Origin: Candidatus Enterousia sp.
GTDB taxonomy: Bacteria; Pseudomonadota; Alphaproteobacteria; Rs-D84
DNA: 64,000 nucleotides
Direction: 5' to 3'
Assembly (NCBI GenBank): GCA_045630455.1
Contig: JAZQTD010000030.1
Span: 50,422-114,421 of the forward strand
The position numbers and the translations under genes are program-made. The notes beneath the pieces are model-generated. The model was not told the DNA's origin. It did not search any database and saw only the letters and a list, made by a program, of their open reading frames with translations. Positions 19,534-27,977 of the stretch are shown one piece after another. The first letter of the stretch is position 1. The number at the start of each line of letters is the position of its first letter.

Positions 19534-21228
19534 ATGAATGTTTATAAAGTTATTTCTGATAATGTTAAATCCAAATTGATGGGAATTGATGGTTTGGCTG
19601 ATGTTTTACCAAATGATATTTCGATTGAAACGCCTAAAATCCGCGACTTTGGGGATTTTTCGACTAATGTTGCGATGATATTAGCACGTCCGCTGAAAAA
19701 AGCGCCACGTGAAATTGCAGAAATGATTTTACCAAAAATCTGTGAAATTCCGTTTGTTGAAAATGCAACTATTGCGGGGCCGGGTTTTATAAACATTACA
19801 CTGAAAAATGATTTCTTGGTTACTCCGGAAAAATACAATGTTGCCTTGCCCGCGGCGCAGCCATTAACAATTGATATGGATTACGGTAGCTATAATATTG
19901 GTAAGGCTTTGCATATTGGACATTTGCGTACAACGGTTGTAGGGGATACTTTTAATCGTATTGCGCGCGCATTGGGGCATAAAACAAAATCTTATAATCA
20001 TATGGGCGATTGGGGGCGGCCAATGGGGCTGATTATTGCGTGGATTTTGGAATATGGTATGCCTAAAAATGCAGATGATATTAACGCAATGTATCCAGCA
20101 TCTTCGGCGCGTGCTAAAGAAGATAAAGAGTGGTTGGAACGTGCGCAAAAGGTCACAGTTGATTTACAAAATGGTAATGCAGAATATCTGAAAATTTATA
20201 ATGAGTTTGCGCCAATGTCACTGGCTCAGATTTCTGATATTTTGGTGCGCTTGAATATTTTGCCATTTGATGAAAACAAAGGCGAACGCTTGGTCGCAGA
20301 ATATGTGCCGGCGGTTCAAAAGATTTTAGATGAAAAAAATCTGATTGTACACGATGACGGTGCGGATGTTATTCCAGTAAAATTGGAATCGGATACTGCG
20401 CCAATGCCACCGGTTTTGTGGCGGTCCAGTACTGGTGCGCAAACTTATGCGGCGGCGGACTTGGCGGCGATTTATTATCGTACGACAACTGACAATCCAA
20501 CAGATATCGTGTATTTCACAGACAGTCGTCAAAACTTGCACTTTACTCAGGTGTTTCGTGCGGCAAAAATGGCGGGTATGGATTCTGCGAATTTGCAGCA
20601 TATCGGATTTGGTACAATAACAGGCGCAGATGGTAAGCCTTTCAAGACGCGTGATGGCGATGTGCCAAGCCTGCATCAGATGGTTGATATGGTTGCGGAT
20701 TCTGTGCGTGCACGTGCGACTGAGGCGGGTAAAGAATTATCAAATGAAACAGTTGAAATGATTGCGTTGGCGGCGTTGAAGTTTAATGACTTGATGCACG
20801 ATGTTAAATCAGATTATGTGTTTGATGTCGATTCGGTGACTCAATTCGAGGGGCGTACCGGTCCATATATCTTGTATACTGCGGTTCGATTGAACGCGGT
20901 TATGAAAAAGGCTGCGGATATGGGTGTTGTGGCAATGGCAGACAAGATTTCAGAATTGCAGCCTGCGGAACGTAATTTGTTATTGCGTGTGATTGATTTT
21001 GAGCGTGTGCTGGAAAATGCCTTTACACGGCGCGCAACCGATTTGTTGGCAAATTATGCGTATGATTTAGCCCAGGATGTAAACACGTTCTATCATCATT
21101 GCCCGATTTTGCGTGACGATGTTGCATTGGATGTAAAGCAGGGGCGTTTGTATATTGCTGATGCTGCACGCAAGACATTGTTAGATACAATCGATTTAAT
21201 GGGCTTGCGTGTGCCGGAATCAATGTAA
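19534..21228 (+). CDS. argS: arginine--tRNA ligase
   Basis: 564 aa. HIGH-type motif ALHIGHLRTT, a DALR anticodon-binding C-terminal region, and the ArgRS-typical terminal Met (..RVPESM). Confidence 0.93.
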   Translation: MNVYKVISDNVKSKLMGIDGLADVLPNDISIETPKIRDFGDFSTNVAMILARPLKKAPREIAEMILPKICEIPFVENATIAGPGFINITLKNDFLVTPEKYNVALPAAQPLTIDMDYGSYNIGKALHIGHLRTTVVGDTFNRIARALGHKTKSYNHMGDWGRPMGLIIAWILEYGMPKNADDINAMYPASSARAKEDKEWLERAQKVTVDLQNGNAEYLKIYNEFAPMSLAQISDILVRLNILPFDENKGERLVAEYVPAVQKILDEKNLIVHDDGADVIPVKLESDTAPMPPVLWRSSTGAQTYAAADLAAIYYRTTTDNPTDIVYFTDSRQNLHFTQVFRAAKMAGMDSANLQHIGFGTITGADGKPFKTRDGDVPSLHQMVDMVADSVRARATEAGKELSNETVEMIALAALKFNDLMHDVKSDYVFDVDSVTQFEGRTGPYILYTAVRLNAVMKKAADMGVVAMADKISELQPAERNLLLRVIDFERVLENAFTRRATDLLANYAYDLAQDVNTFYHHCPILRDDVALDVKQGRLYIADAARKTLLDTIDLMGLRVPESM

Positions 21229-21395
21229 AGTGCAGACTTTGTGGGCTTTTCAGGCGGTCGTATGGCCGTCTTTCTTTTTTTGTTGTTTGGTATTGTTTAT
21301 ATAGTTAATCTTGGTTAATTAATATAGTTTATTGAGGTTAATTATTGTTGGGTGTTTTGTTTTGTGGTATAATATGCGTAAAACAGGGGGTGAAT

Positions 21396-22676
21396 ATGGG
21401 AAATGTAAAAGAGTTTCGCGAAGCGATAGAAGCTATAAAAACAAAAAACAGAACACCGGAACAAGAATATCTTTCAGATATGAATAATTGGTTTTGTGTT
21501 CATACTACAAAATATTTGCCATTGGTAAATAAAGATGGGACGCAATACATTCCGACAACTGCGATGGCTACAGGGTTTGCCGGTGCACCACGAAATACAG
21601 TACATTTTACGCTAAATCACGTTGTGACCAGTCATGGATATGGTAATTGGGATGCAACGCCATATATTATTATTGCACCATATAAATCTGTGGTGGAATT
21701 GAATCAGAATCCAGCCCAGGTTTCTGCACACGATACATATTGGTCTGTGGGGGTAGATACAGGGTTTCGATTGCCACAAAATTCGTTTGTTATAAAAACG
21801 TCAAATGATGTGCTGTTTAGTATTGGTGAAAATGTGGCGACATACAAAACCGATAACTTTACAGACGAAGAAATTCAACAAATTGAAACGCTTATGACGC
21901 CTTATGACAGGGGGCAATATGAAAAATATAAAAATGCAGATTTTGAGGATTATGAAATAGAAGATATTCTGCGATTTGCACCAGAAATTGTCAAAAAAAT
22001 GTATGCGGGCAGCAAAGATAAAAAAGCATTTCTGCGTGGAATGTATGAAGAGGCAAAGTTTGAAATTTTGACAAGATATTTGCGCAATGCCGTTGTGAAA
22101 ATGGTTATAGACAAGATGGGTGGACGTCAAATTAATTTTTATGATGCCTGTGATAATAGTATGGCTATTGCAAAAACAGCAGATGAAAAGGGCTTGGATG
22201 GTGCAGCATCGAACAAAGGACATTCTGGTTCGATTTATTATGCCATAGAAGAGAGTTATGCAGGTTTAAATGTCCTTTTTAATGGAGGTTTTTTTAATGG
22301 TGGGGCTTACAAGCAAAAAGACGTTGAAGCTTTGTATAATGATATTGTTGATTCGCAACGGTTGAGTTATATAGATTTGCTTATTGATAGTATCATAAAT
22401 AATAAGCCAATAGATTTTTATGAGATTTATATGAAACGGTTTGAATATGAAGTTGGGTGTCGTGCAAGTAATGGATGGTGTAAAAAATATAAGTCAATAG
22501 CAGAATTTGACGAGAATTTGGATAAGACACTACGAAAACATGTAGAGGTTTTGTCGGCTAAGCATATGCAATGGTTGGCGCAAATTCGTCAGTGGCCAGG
22601 CTATGCGGGATTTATTGAAAAATTGAAAAAATTAAAATCGCCTGTTCAATTGATGGACAATGGACGTGATATATGA
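21396..22676 (+). CDS. hypothetical protein
   Basis: About 426 aa from ATG 21396 (RBS AGGGGG). No recognisable motif. Its stop overlaps the start of the MarR gene (ATGA). Confidence 0.55.
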   Translation: MGNVKEFREAIEAIKTKNRTPEQEYLSDMNNWFCVHTTKYLPLVNKDGTQYIPTTAMATGFAGAPRNTVHFTLNHVVTSHGYGNWDATPYIIIAPYKSVVELNQNPAQVSAHDTYWSVGVDTGFRLPQNSFVIKTSNDVLFSIGENVATYKTDNFTDEEIQQIETLMTPYDRGQYEKYKNADFEDYEIEDILRFAPEIVKKMYAGSKDKKAFLRGMYEEAKFEILTRYLRNAVVKMVIDKMGGRQINFYDACDNSMAIAKTADEKGLDGAASNKGHSGSIYYAIEESYAGLNVLFNGGFFNGGAYKQKDVEALYNDIVDSQRLSYIDLLIDSIINNKPIDFYEIYMKRFEYEVGCRASNGWCKKYKSIAEFDENLDKTLRKHVEVLSAKHMQWLAQIRQWPGYAGFIEKLKKLKSPVQLMDNGRDI

Positions 22677-23080
22677 TTATTGAAAATGAAATCGCGTTAT
22701 TTTGTCGGACGTATATGTCTTTACGGCCGCGGCTGTCGATTCGGCGCAGTGAGATGACGGTGTTGGGTATATTGTGTGGTGTGCCTGGGGTGCATACACC
22801 GGTATCTTTGGCGAATATGTTGTGTGTATCGCGCCCAATGATTGCATCGCATTTGGCGGCACTGCAAAGTGCGGGGTATGTCACACGTGTTGCGTCGCCT
22901 GAAGATGGGCGCAGTGTCTATATATTGCCAACAAAAAGTGGTAAAAAATTGTATTCTGAATATCACAGTGCCAGTCAGCGTGTTCTGGCGAATTTGTCGC
23001 GGCAAATGGGTGCTAAAAAGTTCGATACGTTTGTTAAATTAATCACGACGGCAAATAAAATTTTGGGTGCTCAGGATTAG
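22673..23080 (+). CDS. MarR family transcriptional regulator
   Basis: 135 aa. Winged HTH: LANMLCVSRPMIASHLAALQSAGYVTRVASPEDGRSVYILPTKSGKK. Confidence 0.8.
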   Translation: MIIENEIALFCRTYMSLRPRLSIRRSEMTVLGILCGVPGVHTPVSLANMLCVSRPMIASHLAALQSAGYVTRVASPEDGRSVYILPTKSGKKLYSEYHSASQRVLANLSRQMGAKKFDTFVKLITTANKILGAQD

Positions 23081-23159
23081 AAAATTAGGAAATCTTGCAA
23101 GTTTATAATTCTCTAATTTTGCTGTATCGTAGTTGTTGTAATAAACAATGGGGGAAGTT

Positions 23160-23768
23160 ATGGCAAAAAAAGACAAAAAATCACGTTGCAGCATATGCGA
23201 CTCTATTGCATCATCGGTGGAAAGACTGTATCATAAAAGCGCGCCACTCTTACTGGGCGAGGCTTTATTGTTGGGGGTTATTGCGCTGTTTATGGTGTTT
23301 AAGCCACTGGCAACTTTGACGACGTTGATGTTTGTATTGGGGTGCGGGTTGATGCTGTTTGGGCTGTATCGTGCGGTTGCAGGTTTTGTAATAACGCGTC
23401 CGTATGGTGGTGGTTGGGTTGATGTTATTTTTGGTCTGGTTAATGTGATTCTAGGGGTGTTGTTTTTAGTATATCCTGCGGGGTCAATGGTTGCGTTGTT
23501 GTATGTGTTTTTAATTCTGTTCTTGTTCAAAGCGTTCCAAGCATTGGTTTTTGCGATTAATATGACGCGTGCGCGTTTTGGACACTGGGGATTGGATTTA
23601 GTCGTGGCCTTGTTTTTGTGTGCATTGGCGATTGCTTTGTTGTTCTGGCCGATGGCGGGTGCGGTGGCGATTGTGTATTATCTGGCGATAACAATGCTGT
23701 TTTATGCCGCGGCAGACGTCTATATGTTCATAGAATTGCGTCAATTAAAAAATGAAGTTGGTGATTAA
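23160..23768 (+). CDS. HdeD/DUF308 family membrane protein
   Basis: About 6 TM helices with the repeated DUF308-like pattern (LLLGVIALFMVFKP..., GLVNVILGVLFLVYP). ATG 23160 follows GGGGGAAG. Confidence 0.65.
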   Translation: MAKKDKKSRCSICDSIASSVERLYHKSAPLLLGEALLLGVIALFMVFKPLATLTTLMFVLGCGLMLFGLYRAVAGFVITRPYGGGWVDVIFGLVNVILGVLFLVYPAGSMVALLYVFLILFLFKAFQALVFAINMTRARFGHWGLDLVVALFLCALAIALLFWPMAGAVAIVYYLAITMLFYAAADVYMFIELRQLKNEVGD

Positions 23769-23773
23769 AATTA

Positions 23774-23796
23774 AACCGCCCATTCGGGCGGTGTTT
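23774..23796. terminator. bidirectional intrinsic terminator
   Basis: AACCGCCCATTCGGGCGGT between convergent genes. Confidence 0.6.
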
Positions 23797-23797
23797 A

Positions 23798-24232
23798 TTA
23801 GAAAACTTCAGAGGCTACACTCATTGGTGTGTAATCTGGCGATTCTTCAATTGGTGCGCGACAGTTGTTACCTTCAAAACGATAATCTATAACTGTGTGG
23901 TTGTGAATTGTAAATGTTGTTTCGCACCGCAGATGTAGCGTTGTGGGCGATGTGCCTCCAACTGCAGTTGTGTGTGCTGAATATCCTGTAAAAGTTGTAT
24001 GATATGATGGAGATGTGCCAGGAAGCGATACGATTCTTGAATCGCTGAATGTTATGTATTTTATATCTTCAATATCATACGTCCTTATAGGTGTCCCCCA
24101 GCCTTGAATTAAGGCGTGTTCTGGCGCGCCTAACCATGTGCTACACATTTTGTCATATTCTATTGACTGGTCCACGCAAGCGCTTAATCCGCTTGAAACT
24201 ATTATTAAACTAACATAGCTTAATTTATTCAT
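23798..24232 (-). CDS. lipoprotein (hypothetical)
   Basis: 144 aa. Lipobox SSGLSAC. Last gene of a three-gene AT-rich minus-strand operon. Confidence 0.6.
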   Translation of the reverse strand: MNKLSYVSLIIVSSGLSACVDQSIEYDKMCSTWLGAPEHALIQGWGTPIRTYDIEDIKYITFSDSRIVSLPGTSPSYHTTFTGYSAHTTAVGGTSPTTLHLRCETTFTIHNHTVIDYRFEGNNCRAPIEESPDYTPMSVASEVF

Positions 24233-24235
24233 TTT

Positions 24236-24526
24236 TTATCTCCTGTGTATTAAGTAATGCAAATAACTTGCTGTTAAAATATTTAATGTTGCCCAGGTTT
24301 CAGCATCTCTATGTAGTGGAAATATTGGGTTGTAAGTTACTATAAACAGCGTTAGAATTATATATTCTGCTGGGTCTGATATTGTGTGGGCTTTCTTGGC
24401 TTTGATTGTAGACAATATGAGTGTTCCGCAAACCACTATGCGCAATAGTATATAAAAACTATGCGTCATCGGCAAAAACGCGGCCAGAAGAAGTAATGTG
24501 CAGTTTACTGTGAATAAGTGTGTCAT
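24236..24526 (-). CDS. small membrane protein (hypothetical)
   Basis: 96 aa with 3 predicted TM segments. Its start overlaps the stop of the upstream ORF (24523-24526). Confidence 0.5.
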   Translation of the reverse strand: MTHLFTVNCTLLLLAAFLPMTHSFYILLRIVVCGTLILSTIKAKKAHTISDPAEYIILTLFIVTYNPIFPLHRDAETWATLNILTASYLHYLIHRR

Positions 24527-25146
24527 AATCTTTCTTTATCTTGTGTGAATCCATCGGTGATATATTCAATGATTTTTGACACTATAAATGGCGTACAAAA
24601 TGCAAGAGCTAAATATAAAATGCTGTATAATTCAAAATGTTCAAAAAAATTACAACTATAGTGATAGTGGCATTTCCATTCTGTTGTGGATAAGAGTATG
24701 TCCCCTAAGAATCCCGCGACTAAACATAAACGTTTTACACCTGTGTTTTTCGGAGTAAAGTATTTTATACAGTATAATGATATCTTTTTTAACGTAAATA
24801 TACATATTGGGATAATTGTTGCTATGACTGTAGCTAATAATATTTTAACAGATATTTCTAATGATGGATCATACGAAAAAAACGAACCGCACAATGCTAT
24901 AAGGGCACTAGTTGCTGCAGCAAAGTAAATAAATTTCTTATATGTCAATTGTAGTTTTTTTGCTAAATACATAGGAATTGTGTGTATTATGCCAGAACAA
25001 TAAATTACTAACAAAGAAAAGACTATTTTCTGTAAGCCGACAAAATAATCAGATAGCAAGACATGAATTGTAAATACGCTAAATATAAACAAAATAATGA
25101 AACTGAATTTTAACCATTGTCTAGGGAATATATCTTCGTTGCTCAT
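24523..25146 (-). CDS. polytopic membrane protein (hypothetical)
   Basis: About 207 aa from ATG 25146 (RBS AGGAGA 8 nt upstream), 5-6 TM segments. First gene after the structured leader. Confidence 0.55.
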   Translation of the reverse strand: MSNEDIFPRQWLKFSFIILFIFSVFTIHVLLSDYFVGLQKIVFSLLVIYCSGIIHTIPMYLAKKLQLTYKKFIYFAAATSALIALCGSFFSYDPSLEISVKILLATVIATIIPICIFTLKKISLYCIKYFTPKNTGVKRLCLVAGFLGDILLSTTEWKCHYHYSCNFFEHFELYSILYLALAFCTPFIVSKIIEYITDGFTQDKERL

Positions 25147-25378
25147 TTTTTTTCTCCTGCACAAAAATAGACCGCCGGTGGAATTGGCGGTCGGGTGCTT
25201 TCAAAATCATACGATAAATGACCCTGTTGCTTTTGGGCGAACCCTGTTATATAACAACAGACACCCGACCAGTGTGGTCAGGTAATAACGGTGCGATGCA
25301 CCATAAATGGGTTCACGATGCAGACACACCGTATCGTATGGGGTTTGAAAGCCCCGAATCCAATTCCCATCGGATTCA
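25147..25378 (-). promoter_or_regulatory. structured 5' leader with terminator/antiterminator alternative (candidate riboswitch or attenuator, class unknown)
   Basis: Roughly 230-nt untranslated RNA between a near-consensus promoter and the RBS of the 24523-25146 ORF. It contains long-range helices (CATACGATA/TATCGTATG, GCTTTCAAA/TTTGAAAGC), an 8-bp hairpin CCTGACCA-CAC-TGGTCGGG, and a segment GGTCGGGTG that can pair instead with CACCCGACC, which overlaps the terminator 5' arm. Confidence 0.5.
25160..25192 (-). terminator. intrinsic terminator inside the leader
   Basis: The minus strand reads GACCGCC-AATTCCACC-GGCGGTC followed by TATTTTTGTG. It ends about 14 nt before the AGGAGA RBS. Confidence 0.65.
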
Positions 25379-25384
25379 ATGCTT

Positions 25385-25413
25385 ATTATAACTGATTTTG
25401 TATTTGTTTGCAA
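25385..25413 (-). promoter_or_regulatory. sigma70-type promoter of the leader/membrane-protein operon
   Basis: The minus strand reads TTGCAA (25413-25408), a 17-nt spacer, then TATAAT (25390-25385). Confidence 0.6.
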
Positions 25414-25438
25414 ATATAGGATTTTTTATTTGCGGGGC

Positions 25439-25467
25439 TTGAATTTTCAATAAATTTAATATAAAAT
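25439..25467 (+). promoter_or_regulatory. sigma70-type promoter of the (now split) host tRNA-Arg gene
   Basis: TTGAAT, 17-nt spacer, TAAAAT, ending 10 nt before the tRNA 5' end at 25478. Confidence 0.5.
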
Positions 25468-25477
25468 ACACGACAGT

Positions 25478-25518
25478 GCGCCCTTAGCTCAGCTGGATAG
25501 AGCATCAGATTTCTAATC
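25478..25518 (+). pseudogene. 5' half of host tRNA-Arg(UCU), truncated in the anticodon loop (attL side)
   Basis: GCGCCCT-TA-GCTC-AGCTGGATA-GAGC-A-TCAGA-TTTCTAATC, after which tRNA similarity stops abruptly (GTTCGTAATTCTTATGG...). Confidence 0.85.
25508..25518. repeat. att core direct repeat, left copy (GATTTCTAATC)
   Basis: Identical 11-mer at 42810-42820. Both lie in the tRNA-Arg anticodon-loop sequence. Confidence 0.75.
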
Positions 25519-25646
25519 GTTCGTAATTCTTATGGATAGATTTGGATAAAGATGTATAAATGCTGGATTTGTGCGGGTGCGCGTGAAAATCAGTTCTGTA
25601 TAAAACTTGATACAGATTGATTGAATTATATGTAATTGTATGTATA

Positions 25647-25677
25647 ATGTTACATATTTGTTACATAGAATGTTACA
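25647..25677. repeat. arm-type repeat cluster, left (three GTTACA motifs)
   Basis: ATGTTACATATTTGTTACATAGAATGTTACA. The first 26 nt match 42715-42740 at 24 of 26 positions, in direct orientation. Confidence 0.6.
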
Positions 25678-25723
25678 CAGGAATTGGCCGCATATTTGCA
25701 CCGAATTCCACACAGTTGGTTAT

Positions 25724-25800
25724 GTGCCCATGGCTCAATCGGATAGAGCAATTGCCTTCTAAGCAATAGGTTGCAGGTTCGAGTCCTGCTGGGCACGCCA
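25724..25800 (+). tRNA. island-encoded tRNA-Arg (anticodon UCU)
   Basis: GTGCCCA-TG-GCTC-AATCGGATA-GAGC-A-ATTGC-CTTCTAA-GCAAT-AGGTT-GCAGG-TTCGAGT-CCTGC-TGGGCAC-G-CCA. All stems pair perfectly. A possible own promoter is TTGAAT(25621)-16-TATAAT(25643). Confidence 0.92.
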
Positions 25801-26003
25801 CTAATTTGTAAGTCAAAAAATACCTATGTTTCAATAAGTTGTTTTATGTTTTTTCTTGGCTTTGTGCCGATTGTTTAAGGTTTCTGTTGACTTTTTGTGA
25901 ATCATATATTATATTACACATGTAATAACTCCCTTGCGTGCAAGGGATGGGGGCTGAGGGGAAACCCAAATAAGCCCCAATTTTTTTAGTATGGGGTGAT
26001 GTC

Positions 26004-26678
26004 ATGACAGTGGTTCAACGAGTAGGTGTATACATAGACGGTAACAATTTATTTTATGGAGCATTGAAAAGGGATGAGCGCCGAAAATATCGTTGGCTTA
26101 ATCCAGAATTGTTGGTTCGTGAAGTTTGTGATAACTATTTTAAGAACAATCTGGTACATGTTCAATTTATAAAATTTTATACGGCGCGTGTTAGTAACCG
26201 TTCTGGTAATCTTGATGCGCCACGTAATCAGCAGTTATATTTTAACGCATTAAAAACCATTAAAAATTTAGAAATTATTCTTGGCAACTTTCAAGTACAT
26301 GAAAAAATTTTGCCTATAGCACCTTTGGAATACAAGCCTAATGGTAAGCCAAAGTTGCAAAGTGTTTTGTCAACCGAAGAAAAGGGTTCGGATGTTAATT
26401 TGGGCGTACATTTGGTATATGATGCTTGTATGGATAACATTGATGTGGCCATTGTTATTACTAATGACACTGATTTGGCAGAACCTATCAAATTGGTTGC
26501 GGATAATTTAGGTAAGACCGTCATAAATTTATGCCCGCATAAAAGTGTAGCGTTTTCATTAAAGAAAATTAAAAATGTTAAGCACTATAAAATAGAAACA
26601 GCACATTTAGCGAAGTCACAGTTTCCTGATAGTGTAAAAGGAATTATACGCCCATATCATTGGTCAGAAGAGAATTAG
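26004..26678 (+). CDS. NYN (LabA-like, PIN-related) domain protein, putative RNase
   Basis: 224 aa. Reads VGVYIDGNNLFYG ... EEKGSDVNLGVHLVYDA ... DVAIVITNDTDLAEPIKL, the conserved acidic NYN signatures. Confidence 0.8.
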   Translation: MTVVQRVGVYIDGNNLFYGALKRDERRKYRWLNPELLVREVCDNYFKNNLVHVQFIKFYTARVSNRSGNLDAPRNQQLYFNALKTIKNLEIILGNFQVHEKILPIAPLEYKPNGKPKLQSVLSTEEKGSDVNLGVHLVYDACMDNIDVAIVITNDTDLAEPIKLVADNLGKTVINLCPHKSVAFSLKKIKNVKHYKIETAHLAKSQFPDSVKGIIRPYHWSEEN

Positions 26679-26765
26679 CTCTTTTTGATTTATTTTTGTC
26701 TGTGGCAGTTTCTAATAACCTGTTGTACTGTATAATTTGTTTATGTGGTAAGTGTTCTCATCAAA

Positions 26766-27977
26766 TTATCCTGTTATCATGCTTGCAACATTGTTTGCGG
26801 TGCGACGTGCGGCAATACTTGATGCATGTGCGTATATTTCAGTTGTGGTGATTTTTGTGTGTCCCAATACGTCTTTTAATATTCGTATATCTTCGCCCAT
26901 GCTGGTGGCCAGTGTTGCAAAAGAATGGCGCAGGTCGTGTATACGCATCCGTGGTAATTTGGCACGATCCAATGCCCACCAGAACGCTTTACGCAAATCT
27001 GTCAATGGGCGCGTATGGTCGATTGGTGAATGAAATACATACTGTTTGCTTTTACAAATTCTCAATGCCTGTTTTATAACTTCTATTGCCGGATCGCCCA
27101 GCGGTACATTAAATGCATCTGTTTTGCGTTTATTTAAACGTAGATACCCGTTTTCTAGGTCTAACTCGTCCAGTTCCAGGCTTGTTATTTCCCCACTGCG
27201 ACAGCCTGTCAGTGCAAGTGTTTTAATAGCCAGGATGGTTTGCGGTGCATATTTCCCAGCGCAAAATGCCTCGTCCAGTGCAGTAAACAAACGTTTATAA
27301 CCATCAATGTCCAGAATCGTATGGTTCATCTTTGGGGATTTTGCCTTTTGAACCAAATGGCATGGATTTGAATTTATTGCGCGATAATTGTATTTTTCAC
27401 ACCAATTTAGAAAGGTCGATAATAACCGCATAACATGCAATCCAACTGCAATAGTTTTTGTGTTTTTGATTTTATCGTACATATCCTGGATTGTGCGCAG
27501 ATCAATATCTGCAATGTATTTATCGCCAAGATATGGGATTATATACAGGCGCATCAATATTTCGTTTGATCGATAGGTATTTCCCCGATTGTTTTCGCGA
27601 CAATGTTTTTCCATAAATATTGGGGTTAGTTCACGGACTTGTTTACGTCGTGCTGCGGCCATTTCGTTTTGCTTTATGCGTATGCGCTGTTCTGATTGCG
27701 GGTCCAGACCGTTGGCGATATCTTGTTTGGTTTGTATCGCACGTGCGCGAATCTCATTTAAGCTAAATTCCGTCAGCGTGCCCAATCTTATGTGCTTTTG
27801 TTGATATGAACCGCGAACGCGATATCCCAAATAGAACACTTTGCGTCCAGATGCGGCCGAATACCGGCATTGTAGCCCTGGCAGTGCTGCATCTGTTATT
27901 TGCAAATCAATGTCGGATTTCAGTTTGTTCAGAAATCCTGTTGTTAAAACCAACTTTTGACATTTAAGTGTCCGCAT
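26766..27977 (-). CDS. int: tyrosine-type site-specific integrase (P4-like, DUF4102-type arm-binding N-terminus)
   Basis: About 403 aa from ATG 27977. The N-terminus reads LTDAALPGLQCRYSAASGRKVFYLGYRVRG...IRLG. The catalytic region reads LTGCRSGEI ... HDLRHSFATL ... LGHTKITTTEIYAH (R-H-R-Y). Confidence 0.9.
   Translation of the reverse strand: MRTLKCQKLVLTTGFLNKLKSDIDLQITDAALPGLQCRYSAASGRKVFYLGYRVRGSYQQKHIRLGTLTEFSLNEIRARAIQTKQDIANGLDPQSEQRIRIKQNEMAAARRKQVRELTPIFMEKHCRENNRGNTYRSNEILMRLYIIPYLGDKYIADIDLRTIQDMYDKIKNTKTIAVGLHVMRLLSTFLNWCEKYNYRAINSNPCHLVQKAKSPKMNHTILDIDGYKRLFTALDEAFCAGKYAPQTILAIKTLALTGCRSGEITSLELDELDLENGYLRLNKRKTDAFNVPLGDPAIEVIKQALRICKSKQYVFHSPIDHTRPLTDLRKAFWWALDRAKLPRMRIHDLRHSFATLATSMGEDIRILKDVLGHTKITTTEIYAHASSIAARRTANNVASMITG

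Noticed and set aside
25147-25378. Assigning the leader to a known class (TPP, cobalamin, fluoride, Mn, guanidine-I, c-di-GMP, glycine, ZTP riboswitch) or calling it 6S, SRP or RNase P RNA.
   Set aside because: The hallmark boxes are absent or in the wrong order (CUGAGA...ACCUGAUCUGG for TPP, the B12 box AGYCMGGAGACCKGCC, GGCGAUGG for fluoride, and so on). The paired ends are internal rather than terminal as in 6S RNA. It sits directly upstream of an RBS, which favours a cis-regulator. I have left it unclassified.
25207-25413. 68-aa minus-strand ORF between the membrane-protein operon and tRNA-Arg.
   Set aside because: Its start codon lies inside the -35 box of the TTGCAA-17-TATAAT promoter, so most of it would be untranslated leader. 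It has no RBS, and its sequence coincides with the structured terminator/antiterminator RNA.
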